The notes beneath the pieces were generated by a model, which saw only the letters and a program-made list of their open reading frames with translations, was not told the origin of the DNA and made no database searches. Below are positions 6,357-15,041 of a stretch of 37,287 bases of DNA, one piece after another. How positions within the stretch are numbered: the first letter of the stretch is position 1; every line of letters begins with the position of its first letter. The DNA is taken from IMG/VR virus record IMGVR_UViG_3300037313_000669, positions 1 to 37,287 of that record. One strand, 5' to 3'. The position numbers and the translations under genes were made by a program. Origin of the DNA: a virus. Taxonomy: Duplodnaviria; Caudoviricetes.

Positions 6357-7616
6357 TTACGTGAGCATCTCCGGTGAAAAGTGAAGCGTCTGCGCCATCG
6401 CGCCATTCGCGTGATAGCTGTGGCCTAGAAGCTCGCGCGCTGCGGCCAGCCCCTTGTCAGCGGCCCACGCGTTGCGCGCGGCAAGCGTCGGGTGCTGGTA
6501 GACCATCATCCCGCGCTCTTCCTTGCCGCTGTGCACGATGAAGTGCTTGTGGTGCATGTGGCCCGTGTGGCAGATGCGGTAGGTAGCCTGCCCCCACATC
6601 TGGGCGAAGTCCGCAGCGAAGATGCCCGGCAGCTCACCCAGCCGCGCCTTGTCGCCGTGATGCGTGGCGATCATCGTCTTGCCGAACAACATCGCCCAGT
6701 ACGGACGGATCGACTGCTCCACGATCACGCGCGGCTCGCGCTCGAAGATGCGGGTGAACAGTTTGCGCATCCACCACGCCGATAGCGGATCGTGATTGCC
6801 CGGCTTGATCACCAGCCGCACGCGAGCGTACCGACGCAGGCCGTGCGTGACGGCCGCCTCGATCACCTCTGAGCCGACGTCAGCGATCTTGGGATAGCGG
6901 CCATCGACGTCCAGCAAATGCTTGCTGGCGGGGGTCAGCGGCGCATAGCCGTCCGAGTCAGTGAAGTCGCCCAGGATCACAAGCACCAGTTCCTGCGCCG
7001 CAGGCAGGTTGTCCATCAGCCAGCAGGCACCGGTCAGAAGCGTTTCGCGGGCGATGCCCAAGTCCCAGCTGCCAGAACCGGTTTCCTTGTCCCAGGCAAG
7101 CGCGCCGACATGCCCATCTGCGATCGTCACCTGGTTGAGGATGTTCGCAGGCCCCAGAACATCCGGCAGCGGCTTGGGTTGCACTGGCTCGACGCAGGCG
7201 ATGCGCCGGTCTAGCGCCTCTTCGATCGCTGCCTCGCGTCCTTCTGGGCTTTGCCGCTCCCAGGTTCGTTCTACCCCTCCATCGGCGCCGCGCTGCACCG
7301 TGACCTTGCCCATGAGGTAACCGGGCGCTACGCCGCTGTCCCAATGTCCCGGCGCATGCCCTTTTCGCGCCTCGTCCACCGTTTCCCGGTAGGAGGAAAG
7401 GCGCTCTTTCAGTTCTTCGTACGAGGGCATCGGTTCGCCCTCAAGCGTCTTTCGATCCTCGCGCTTGACGAATCCGCGCTGCACGGCCATCGCAACGCGA
7501 GAGTCGAAGGTGCGGGACTGAACGCCATCCAGCAACTGCCAGCCGTGGGTGCCCTTGCGCTTATAGGCTTCTGCCGCCTGCAGCGCCAGAACGTCGGGCA
7601 GCGATGGCGTGGGCAT
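6357..7616 (-). CDS. calcineurin-like metallophosphoesterase
   Basis: DGH, LGD, GNHD, HHGD and GHMH metal-binding motifs. Confidence 0.85.
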   Translation of the reverse strand: MPTPSLPDVLALQAAEAYKRKGTHGWQLLDGVQSRTFDSRVAMAVQRGFVKREDRKTLEGEPMPSYEELKERLSSYRETVDEARKGHAPGHWDSGVAPGYLMGKVTVQRGADGGVERTWERQSPEGREAAIEEALDRRIACVEPVQPKPLPDVLGPANILNQVTIADGHVGALAWDKETGSGSWDLGIARETLLTGACWLMDNLPAAQELVLVILGDFTDSDGYAPLTPASKHLLDVDGRYPKIADVGSEVIEAAVTHGLRRYARVRLVIKPGNHDPLSAWWMRKLFTRIFEREPRVIVEQSIRPYWAMLFGKTMIATHHGDKARLGELPGIFAADFAQMWGQATYRICHTGHMHHKHFIVHSGKEERGMMVYQHPTLAARNAWAADKGLAAARELLGHSYHANGAMAQTLHFSPEMLT

Positions 7617-7619
7617 CGC

Positions 7620-8033
7620 TCACCCTTTCTTGACGAAAGTCGGCTCGGCGACTGGAACGCACACGCGAACAGCCGCATGGATCACCGCATGCTCGGCGCT
7701 CGCGATCTGCTCGTCGGTGGACGCAGGGTTGCGGCAGACTTCGATGAGTTCATGCAGTCGGACATGCCACACTTCATGACACGCGATCTGCTCGATGCTC
7801 ATGTCGGTGACTGGCGTGTTGCCGAAGTCCGAGCCGATGCGATAGGTGGCAAGCCGCGCCGCCAAGTCGAAGCTGTCGACCTCGGCCATGTTCTTCTTGG
7901 CGGCGGGCTTGGTAGACAGCTCAATGCGCCAGTCGCCCAGGCTCAATTCGCTTTGCCACTTCTGCACGTACAGAGCAAAGCAGTCCCGCCCCTGAGGGGT
8001 GACTGGATTCAGAGGTGCAGGCTTCTTCTTCAC
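7620..8033 (-). CDS. HEXXH-containing hypothetical protein (zincin-like)
   Basis: CHEVWH...EH motif. Confidence 0.65.
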   Translation of the reverse strand: MKKKPAPLNPVTPQGRDCFALYVQKWQSELSLGDWRIELSTKPAAKKNMAEVDSFDLAARLATYRIGSDFGNTPVTDMSIEQIACHEVWHVRLHELIEVCRNPASTDEQIASAEHAVIHAAVRVCVPVAEPTFVKKG

Positions 8034-8035
8034 GG

Positions 8036-8347
8036 CTACGCACCCGGCTTGTACTTGAACGATCCTGTGCTGATGCGCTGCTGGTCGCCGTCTTCGTAGA
8101 GGATCAGAACCTCTTGCTTCTCCGGCTCGACGGCCCAGCAGGCATAGAAGAATCGGTGGTTCACCTTCGCCCAGGCGCCACGAAATTGAGAGCGCAATTC
8201 CTCTTTGATGCGAGCCAGCGTGGCGGCGTTGTCGCAGGGTCGGTCGACCAGATGCACTTCATCGCCGCTGATGTTGCTAGCGACCATTTCGTCGGCGGCC
8301 GCAGGCAGCGCGAAGGCGAGAGCCGCGACGAGGATCAGGTACTTCAC
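8036..8347 (-). CDS. secreted/periplasmic hypothetical protein
   Basis: Signal peptide MKYLILVAALAFALPAAA; two Cys. Confidence 0.75.
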   Translation of the reverse strand: MKYLILVAALAFALPAAADEMVASNISGDEVHLVDRPCDNAATLARIKEELRSQFRGAWAKVNHRFFYACWAVEPEKQEVLILYEDGDQQRISTGSFKYKPGA

Positions 8348-8862
8348 GGCTTGTTCCTTACGGTTTCGTAGATCCGCTCGCAGACGGTGCCGGCCTGGTG
8401 GCTTTCGTCAGCAAATCGGATAGTTCCGTTCTCAGCCTCTTCCAGCCTTCGCTGCACGTCGGCGAGCAAATCGGAGGTGGGGTCGGCTGGCGCGCTTCCG
8501 CCGGCAACGGTGACTGCGATGCGGGCTGCACGTACGGCTTGGGCTCGGGCTTCGGTAAGGGCGCTGGACAGCCGCTCACCAGCAGCGACAGAGCCGTCAT
8601 AGCTGCTGCGAAGAGCAGCGTTCTCAGTGCGTGCATGATCCAACTCCTGTTCGATGGCTTTCGCCTTCGCGCGCTCTTCGGTGCGTACTTGATTGACAGC
8701 CGCGAGTTCGCGCTTCGCGTATTCGTCCTGTGCGCGCTTGTAGCCAGCCGCATCGCCGCGCGCGATGAGCGAGTCGGTGTAGTGGTTCCAGCCCCAGATG
8801 CAGCCGACGATCAGGGCGGCTCCGATCGCGACCTTCAGGAGCAGTGCGCCGATCGGGCTCAT
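8344..8862 (-). CDS. Rz: i-spanin (Rz-like, DUF2514-like)
   Basis: N-terminal TM, coiled coil, C-terminal FAD...AGTVCERIY; downstream of the endolysin. Confidence 0.85.
   Translation of the reverse strand: MSPIGALLLKVAIGAALIVGCIWGWNHYTDSLIARGDAAGYKRAQDEYAKRELAAVNQVRTEERAKAKAIEQELDHARTENAALRSSYDGSVAAGERLSSALTEARAQAVRAARIAVTVAGGSAPADPTSDLLADVQRRLEEAENGTIRFADESHQAGTVCERIYETVRNKP
8358..8636 (-). CDS. Rz1: o-spanin (Rz1-like lipoprotein) embedded in Rz
   Basis: AGGAG RBS, MHALRTLLFAAAMTALSLLVSGC lipobox, proline-rich mature part, alternative frame inside Rz. Confidence 0.85.
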   Translation of the reverse strand: MHALRTLLFAAAMTALSLLVSGCPAPLPKPEPKPYVQPASQSPLPAEARQPTPPPICSPTCSEGWKRLRTELSDLLTKATRPAPSASGSTKP

Positions 8863-9083
8863 GGCGTCGTGCTCCCGGTGATTTCAGGGCCAGTGTGGTC
8901 TGGGTCAGGTGCGATGCGCCCTTCCGCACAGTCGGTCATGTATTGGCAGATTTGCTCATGGGTCAGCCCATTGGGTAGCGTCCAACGCGGGCCAGCTAGA
9001 GCCCTCTTCATGCGTTCAATGTCGATATGGACAGGCGGGAGATCGCGCCCGTACTCTTCTGCAATCTGTTCGAAGTCAATCAC
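8859..9083 (-). CDS. small hypothetical protein in lysis cassette
   Basis: GTG start coupled to upstream stop; MIDFEQIAEEYG...GSTTP. Confidence 0.6.
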   Translation of the reverse strand: MIDFEQIAEEYGRDLPPVHIDIERMKRALAGPRWTLPNGLTHEQICQYMTDCAEGRIAPDPDHTGPEITGSTTP

Positions 9084-9286
9084 GGCGTGGTGCTCCCGAC
9101 GGCCGCGGGCGAAGCCTTGGCTTTGAGGTTGGCGTAGTTGTACAGAGTGAGAACGCCTGCAATTGCGCCGGCCGCGACCGCATCGAGCTTGCCGACTGCC
9201 GCGAGCGCCGTGATCGCGACGAGCGCGCACAGGGCAACGCCGAACTTGCGCATGCCGCGCTGATTCTTCAGGTCGGTGTCGTTCAT
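9080..9286 (-). CDS. two-TM membrane protein (holin/antiholin-like)
   Basis: MNDTDLKNQRGMRKFGVALCALVAITAL...IAGVLTLYNYAN; ATGA-coupled. Confidence 0.65.
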   Translation of the reverse strand: MNDTDLKNQRGMRKFGVALCALVAITALAAVGKLDAVAAGAIAGVLTLYNYANLKAKASPAAVGSTTP

Positions 9287-9582
9287 CCCGGGAAGTCCTC
9301 CATGTGCCGCTGCTGGTTGGCCAGCGGGTGCCAGCACTCGGGCGCGAAGTACAGGACGCCGGCGCGCAGCACGTACGCGCACGGCCCGCGCTCGGTGTCG
9401 TGGCGCAGCGTCTCGCCGATGCTGGGGCGATCCAGGTCGCCATCCCATCCGATCACGCGGCCGTTCTGGCTGATGGCGTGGATGTCGATCTCGTGCGAGC
9501 CACAGCAACCTGGGCACCAATGCCGCAGTACTCCGGGGCGCACCAGCTGGAACTTGCCGCCGCGGCACAGGCCGATTGTCAT
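9283..9582 (-). CDS. DUF6527-like Cys/His protein
   Basis: HWCPGCCGSH...WDGDLDRPS...C.YVLRAG...F..ECWHPLA. Confidence 0.7.
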   Translation of the reverse strand: MTIGLCRGGKFQLVRPGVLRHWCPGCCGSHEIDIHAISQNGRVIGWDGDLDRPSIGETLRHDTERGPCAYVLRAGVLYFAPECWHPLANQQRHMEDFPG

Positions 9583-10085
9583 CACTGCACCGCCAGACAC
9601 TGCGCGTGCAGCTCGAGTCGGTCTTTCCACAGCCCGGCGCAAACCTTGTTCGGCTGCGAGCAGTCGATGCCGTGGTACTTGCGCCAATCGAGAATGTGCT
9701 CGCAAGCCGATGCGTAGTGCTGCTGATTCAGCTCCCGCACGATCGTCGAGCCGCAAAAGCTGCTCGTGCCGATGTTGTAGGTGAGGGAGACGTAGAGGTC
9801 GAGCTCTTCCTGCGTGAGCGGAACCTTCACGCACCGCTTCACCGCTGCGGTGTATTTCGTGTCGATCGCACTGATGGAGTCGTGCAGCGCGCGCACTGGC
9901 GTAGTTTTGTCGCCGATCTTGACCGGCGAGCCATCCGCTTTTTCGGTCTGCCCAAAGCCGAAGGTGGGGACGTCACCCTTCGTCGGGATGATGGCGTTAT
10001 CGGTGTAGCTCTCGCGATCAACGAGGCTCAGGTAACCGACTGCTGACAGGCTCAGGGCCGCGACGGCGATGCGCACGCCTTTCAT
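9582..10085 (-). CDS. GH24 lysozyme, probable SAR endolysin
   Basis: Weakly hydrophobic N-terminal SAR-like segment, then RES...GDVPTFGFGQT and YNIG. Confidence 0.92.
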   Translation of the reverse strand: MKGVRIAVAALSLSAVGYLSLVDRESYTDNAIIPTKGDVPTFGFGQTEKADGSPVKIGDKTTPVRALHDSISAIDTKYTAAVKRCVKVPLTQEELDLYVSLTYNIGTSSFCGSTIVRELNQQHYASACEHILDWRKYHGIDCSQPNKVCAGLWKDRLELHAQCLAVQ

Positions 10086-10092
10086 GGCTTAC

Positions 10093-10380
10093 TCAGTCGT
10101 CGCTATCGGGGATGTCCGCATCCAGCCGGGCCCGCAGAAGCTGCATGTGCTTTTGCTTGTACACCCAGCTCAGGATGAAGCCGCCCGCAGCGAACGCCAT
10201 GCCGACCAAGATGCCCAGCACCGTCCACTGATTAACCGTCAGGCCGAAGACGACATCGGCCGCGACCGAAGGCCCTGCGGCAAGGGCTGCTGTCGAAACC
10301 GAAGCGACGGAAGTGCCCCCCCATTGCGCAGCACTTGCAGCTTTGGCCGCGAGCGTGTCTGGACTGGTCTGGATACCCAT
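10093..10380 (-). CDS. holin (HP1-like)
   Basis: GLTVNQWTVLGILVG...SWVYKQK TM segment; directly upstream of the endolysin. Confidence 0.8.
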   Translation of the reverse strand: MGIQTSPDTLAAKAASAAQWGGTSVASVSTAALAAGPSVAADVVFGLTVNQWTVLGILVGMAFAAGGFILSWVYKQKHMQLLRARLDADIPDSDD

Positions 10381-10394
10381 GGCGAAGGTTCCTT

Positions 10395-10712
10395 TCACTG
10401 GCTCTGGGGAGGTTGGGTTCGCGCGCGCTCGGCCTCGTAAGCCTTGGCGCAGTGGTTCTTCTGGACGTAATCAAGCAGCCGGCAAAGCACGCAGGCCCAC
10501 TTCGCGCCGTCCTTCATGGCGCGGTACGCTCGCGCGCTAATCGTTTCCTTGGGGTCTCCACCCGTCGCAGCGTTGGAGAGGTAGTCGTAGCCGATGGCGA
10601 TGCGCCAGGCGCGCGGGCTGTTTCGCACAGCTCCAATAAGCATCCACGTAGAGGCAATGAGATGCGCCGGATGCGATAGCAACCACACGACGATCAACAG
10701 CAGCGCTCTCAT
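10395..10712 (-). CDS. conserved-type phage hypothetical protein
   Basis: D..NAATGGDPKETISAR...WACVLCRLLD...HC pattern; N-terminal hydrophobic segment. Confidence 0.75.
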   Translation of the reverse strand: MRALLLIVVWLLSHPAHLIASTWMLIGAVRNSPRAWRIAIGYDYLSNAATGGDPKETISARAYRAMKDGAKWACVLCRLLDYVQKNHCAKAYEAERARTQPPQSQ

Positions 10713-10839
10713 ATGGATGAGGCTAGGCAAAAATCCGCTGTTACTGTTGTGCTGTTACGAGTTCAGCGGGACAAACCTCCTATGCGAGCGGGACGAATTG
10801 CCCACCATGCAAGAGGTCGAGCGGCGATGTAATGGAGCG

Positions 10840-11322
10840 ATGCGCCCGAATCTGCACTTGCTGCGTACGCTGGCTGTTGGTTTCGCTCTATTGGTTGCGG
10901 GGTGCTCGCAACAGTACGAAGTCGCCGTCAAGCAGCTCCTGAACGACCCGGAGAGCGCCAGGTTCTCGGAAGTGACGAAAGGCGTTTCATTGGGTGATGT
11001 GTGCGGCTACGTGAACGCCAAGAACGCTATGGGTGGTTATGTGGGAAAGACGCCGTTCTACTACCGGGCCAACGGTGAGACGGCCGTCGTTCCCCCCATC
11101 GAAGACAACGACTTCCGCATCTACCTTTGGAACATCACGGGCAGCGATTCGGACAGGAGATACGCCGACCTTAGCCAGCGGTGCGTAGCCGTCAGGCAAT
11201 GGAAAGAGGTGTGCGGCTTTGACCATCCCGGAGGCGTCCACCGGCTGTGTGACGTCCTTGTGCGGCAAGGCAACACCGCCAGCCTGTATCTCATTCTCGA
11301 TAAGGAATTCAGATACCGATGA
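10840..11322 (+). CDS. moron lipoprotein
   Basis: GGAG RBS, lipobox LVAGC, LNDPESARF...VCGYVNAKNAMGGYVG. Confidence 0.8.
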   Translation: MRPNLHLLRTLAVGFALLVAGCSQQYEVAVKQLLNDPESARFSEVTKGVSLGDVCGYVNAKNAMGGYVGKTPFYYRANGETAVVPPIEDNDFRIYLWNITGSDSDRRYADLSQRCVAVRQWKEVCGFDHPGGVHRLCDVLVRQGNTASLYLILDKEFRYR

Positions 11323-12380
11323 AGGCCAGTCCCAACCTCGACGTCCTGCGCGCCATCGCCGTCTTGCTGGTGGTCGCCAGCCATATAGGCTTCAACCTCG
11401 GTTGGGGCGGCAGCAGTTACGACATTGAAGCGGTAGGGCGCGTCGGAGTCGCGATCTTTTTCGTACATACGAGCTTGGTGTTGATGCAGTCGCTGCAGCG
11501 CACCGGAGCCGCGCCCCTGTCCTTTTACGTGCGCCGCGCGTTCCGGATCTATCCGCTCGCTGTCGTGATGGTGCTGCTCGTCGCTGTCGGCAACTGGCTC
11601 GGAGGCATACCCTTCACGGGCTGGGGCATCGTGAGCAACCTGCTGCTGGTGCAGAACCTTACCGGCCACGAGTCGATCCTTGCGCCGATGTGGAGCCTGC
11701 CTTACGAAGTGCAGATGTATCTCGTGCTGCCCGCGCTGTTCTTGCTCGCGCGCTCGCACGGTGCGCGCGGCGTCGGCATGCTTCTAGTGGGATCGATAGC
11801 GACCGTCCAGGTACTTTGGGATTTCGGCGTACCCGCTACGCTCGTCCTGTACGTCCCCTGCTTCGTCTGCGGCGTGCTCGCCTTCGCAATCCCGCGCCGC
11901 CCTATCCTGCATCCGGCCCTCCTGTTCGCCGTCGTGGCCACCGCAGCGATCGTTGCGCCCGCTGCGATTGCCAGCGGCATTCAGGAGGTGCCGGTGCTCT
12001 GGGCTCTCTGCGTCGTTATGGGTGTGACAATCCCGCACTGCCGGGAAATCGAATTCCAGCCCCTTGCGCGCGCGGGCGCGTTCGTGGCGAAGTACAGCTA
12101 CGGCATCTATCTCACGCACCTGTTCGCTATCCGAGCCGGTTTTCGCTTGGCACCCGGCATCCCGGCTTGGCTGGAGTGGGTGATCTTCGTCGCCGTCCTC
12201 GCAGCCTTCGTGCGCGTGGCCTACCGATGGATCGAAGCGCCAGGAATCGCCTTGGGCGTGCGCTTGGCGGTCAGGCTACGTGCAAACGAACACTTGCGGC
12301 CTGACGGAGCCGCCCGCAGCAGCGACACCGGGAAGCCACAAGCGACGGGGTTCCTGAAAGATGCCCCACGGGTTCGCTGA
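11319..12380 (+). CDS. acyltransferase-3 (OafA/Oac-like) membrane O-acyltransferase
   Basis: LDVLRAIA..LVV.SH, GVAIFF, FYVRRAFRIYP, WSLPYEVQMY, SYGIYLTH; multiple TMs. Confidence 0.92.
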   Translation: MKASPNLDVLRAIAVLLVVASHIGFNLGWGGSSYDIEAVGRVGVAIFFVHTSLVLMQSLQRTGAAPLSFYVRRAFRIYPLAVVMVLLVAVGNWLGGIPFTGWGIVSNLLLVQNLTGHESILAPMWSLPYEVQMYLVLPALFLLARSHGARGVGMLLVGSIATVQVLWDFGVPATLVLYVPCFVCGVLAFAIPRRPILHPALLFAVVATAAIVAPAAIASGIQEVPVLWALCVVMGVTIPHCREIEFQPLARAGAFVAKYSYGIYLTHLFAIRAGFRLAPGIPAWLEWVIFVAVLAAFVRVAYRWIEAPGIALGVRLAVRLRANEHLRPDGAARSSDTGKPQATGFLKDAPRVR

Positions 12381-13070
12381 CCATTCGGCAATCTCGGAGT
12401 CGGACCAAGCGCGAGCGACGACGCCTACAAGGTAGTTTTCCTCAAGATCGCCGCCAATCGATACGTCCGCTGTCGATGAAGCAGTGGAAGCCGCATTGAT
12501 CGAAGTGCTCCCGGCAAGTTTGATGCCGTTGCGCCAGATCTCGCGACCTTTTGCCGCTCCGGCGACGAACACCAGCGCGTGGACGTTCGTGTTCTTCGTC
12601 CCCCACGATGCGCTGATGCGGTGCGTTCCGTCGGTTGAGCCGTAGTCCCAGTAGCAAACGCCGTCCGAGAACGGCGCACTCAGAATGATGCGGTTGCTGT
12701 TGGTGATAGTGAACCCAAAGCTGGTCGCAGCGCGCAGGGTCGTGTCCATGTGGCGGCGCAACATGAACACTGTGCACTCGGACGTGTTCGGGAACACCAC
12801 CCCCGAATCCTGCGAAGCCACAACATACGCCGCGCCCAACGCATTCGATACGAACGCCATCCCCATCGCACGTCCGTTGATTACGGCCGAACTGCTGGAA
12901 GGGACGAAGTTGTTGCTGTTGATTCCCTTGAACCAGCTGCGCGACCAAGTGCGCCCAAACGTCGGCACAGCGAGCATCGTCGCGCCATTGAGCAAGTGAT
13001 GCCCGAGGTTGATTTGCCCCCACGATGCGGGCTGAACCCGCATCGGCTGCGGCTGGATGATCGATGCCAT
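12276..13070 (-). CDS. LamG/concanavalin-like jelly-roll virion accessory protein
   Basis: Beta-rich; HALVFV...EIWRNG...IGG...RAWSDSEIAEWSANPW; sits in the fibre module. Confidence 0.6.
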   Translation of the reverse strand: MASIIQPQPMRVQPASWGQINLGHHLLNGATMLAVPTFGRTWSRSWFKGINSNNFVPSSSSAVINGRAMGMAFVSNALGAAYVVASQDSGVVFPNTSECTVFMLRRHMDTTLRAATSFGFTITNSNRIILSAPFSDGVCYWDYGSTDGTHRISASWGTKNTNVHALVFVAGAAKGREIWRNGIKLAGSTSINAASTASSTADVSIGGDLEENYLVGVVARAWSDSEIAEWSANPWGIFQEPRRLWLPGVAAAGGSVRPQVFVCT

Positions 13071-13517
13071 TTAAGCGACCGTGGCGCCGATTTCCGCCGT
13101 CTTGATCGCACCCGCCGTGAACGAGGCGCCGCTGTCGTTCTTGACGACGAACTTCAGCTTCGCCGGCAGCACGCCGCCGAAGGCGTTTGCGACGGAGAAG
13201 AACTTGCGCTGCTGCGTGGAGTTGGACGGCAGCGGCAGTGTCCCGACGTACGTGAGAACCGCTTCGTCAGTGGTCGTCAAGCCGCTGGTCGGGCCGGTCT
13301 GGTAGTTCGTGCCGTCGCTCGTGATCGCGAACACGATGGCTTGCTTGTTGCCGCTGACGGTGCCCGGCGTGGCTTCGAGCATCACCAGCAAGTCAAGCGG
13401 CTGGTTGGTCGTGTTGTCGACCTCGTTGGACAGCACATAGGTAGCCGAAGCCAGCGTGGACAGGCCGGTGACGGTGACGGCGTTGAAGGAGCCGACTGTT
13501 TGCTTGACGGTGCTCAT
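13071..13517 (-). CDS. hypothetical tail-associated beta-rich protein
   Basis: ATGA-coupled start MSTVKQTVGSF; Thr/Ser-rich. Confidence 0.75.
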   Translation of the reverse strand: MSTVKQTVGSFNAVTVTGLSTLASATYVLSNEVDNTTNQPLDLLVMLEATPGTVSGNKQAIVFAITSDGTNYQTGPTSGLTTTDEAVLTYVGTLPLPSNSTQQRKFFSVANAFGGVLPAKLKFVVKNDSGASFTAGAIKTAEIGATVA

Positions 13518-13969
13518 TGGATGACTCCTGCGGCCCGCAGGTTGCTTTCGGTGATGGGGGGAAGAGCGAGCTGTTCGGCGCGCGAGCAGTCCTGAACTGC
13601 CATCTCTTTGAGGGCGTCGGCTTCGGCTTGCACGAGTACGTCTGGCACGAGCGCCTGGATGGATGCCTGTGTGACGGGATGGCCAACGTCCAGCCCGCCT
13701 TCTTGCTGAAGGAACTTCATCGCCCACTTCACGGTGCTGACCTGCGTGGCGGCGGCTTCGAGCTTGTCAAGGATCGTGGAGGCCTGCGCCCCGCACTCGG
13801 CAAGCACGGTGCGCGCGGAAACGAGGCGCGGCTTGACCATTGAGCTGGTCTGCGCGTTGAGCAGTTCACACACCATCCCCGGTGCGTCTGGCAGGTGCTG
13901 CGCATAGCCCAGCCCTGCCGGGTCGCCCTGCACTTCTGCGGCGAGAGCCGCGAGTTGATCGCTTGTCAT
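13514..13969 (-). CDS. hypothetical tail-associated protein
   Basis: 151 aa ORF with RBS, in the fibre module. Confidence 0.75.
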   Translation of the reverse strand: MTSDQLAALAAEVQGDPAGLGYAQHLPDAPGMVCELLNAQTSSMVKPRLVSARTVLAECGAQASTILDKLEAAATQVSTVKWAMKFLQQEGGLDVGHPVTQASIQALVPDVLVQAEADALKEMAVQDCSRAEQLALPPITESNLRAAGVIQ

Positions 13970-13985
13970 GTGAGCCTTTCAGGGA

Positions 13986-15029
13986 TTAGCGGGTGCCCAC
14001 GAGCACACCGCCGATGTCGGCGAGAGTTGCGTCTGGCGAGGTAGGCGCGATGATCGAAAGGACGTCTCCCGCCGCGAAGGTGGTCTGGCTCGCGGCGATG
14101 AAGGTGGCAGTCGTGCCAGCGGCAGCAAAGCGGATCGTGCCGAACGAAGAGCCGTTCTTCTGGACATCGAAGTCCGTCTGTGCAGTGGCCGCGACTCGGG
14201 CCTTGAAGACGCTGTTCGTCAGGCTGGCGGGGAATACCACGGCGCGGGCGAGCGGTACGCGCGTCACGAGGGCGCTTGCCGTGGGCACGCCGGGATAGAA
14301 CGCGGTGAGGTCGAAGGGCGGCGAGGTCCATTGTGGATTCGCCGCTGCGCCTTGCGTCTGCAACACCTGGCCCGAAGTCCCGGCCGCGAGCCTTGCCCAG
14401 CCCGCCGCACCGCGGTACAGGATGTCCCCCTGCGCCGCCGACCCGATGAAGTCCAGCAGATCGGACAGCGTGAGTTCTTCGGGATCGCCCGCGCCTGCTG
14501 TCTTTCGCCCCAGCACGCGCGAGGTAGCGGACACGTTCTGCATCTTGGCGTACGTGACGACATCGTTGTCAATCGCCCATGCCGTACCCGAACTGGAGAC
14601 GGTGATGTCTCCCTTGTCGCCATCGGTGAGCGTGCCGCCCGCACCGCCCGAGGCATACAGCCCACCGGGGCCTACGCGATGATCCTCGTAGCTGCTGACG
14701 GTCGACGAGCCGGTCACGACCTTGTACAGGCGAGCGTAGTTGCCGGTGTCGGTCCAGTTCGTCGTCGCGGTGGAGGCGGTGATTGCGCCTGTGGTGCGAT
14801 TGGCGACGATGTAGCTGGTCGTGCTTGCGCCGAGGGTGAGGACCGCGTTGGAGACCGTGGAGCCGCCCCAGCGTCCGCCATACAGCCCGAATGAGAGACC
14901 GCTACTCGCTTCGGCGTGTCGGCCGCCGAAGGTCGAGGCGGAACCGGCATCGAACAGGGCATTCGCAGTCGTTTCTTTCGAGGCCTGCGAAGCGGCGATG
15001 GTTTCGAGGTTTGTTGAACTGTCTGCCAT
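13986..15029 (-). CDS. tail fibre protein (DUF2793-like N-terminus)
   Basis: L..IAASQASKETTANAL N-terminus; DGDKGDITVS, GDILY...WARLAAGTSGQVL fibre motifs. Confidence 0.8.
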   Translation of the reverse strand: MADSSTNLETIAASQASKETTANALFDAGSASTFGGRHAEASSGLSFGLYGGRWGGSTVSNAVLTLGASTTSYIVANRTTGAITASTATTNWTDTGNYARLYKVVTGSSTVSSYEDHRVGPGGLYASGGAGGTLTDGDKGDITVSSSGTAWAIDNDVVTYAKMQNVSATSRVLGRKTAGAGDPEELTLSDLLDFIGSAAQGDILYRGAAGWARLAAGTSGQVLQTQGAAANPQWTSPPFDLTAFYPGVPTASALVTRVPLARAVVFPASLTNSVFKARVAATAQTDFDVQKNGSSFGTIRFAAAGTTATFIAASQTTFAAGDVLSIIAPTSPDATLADIGGVLVGTR

Positions 15030-15041
15030 CGGTTTCTTTCG

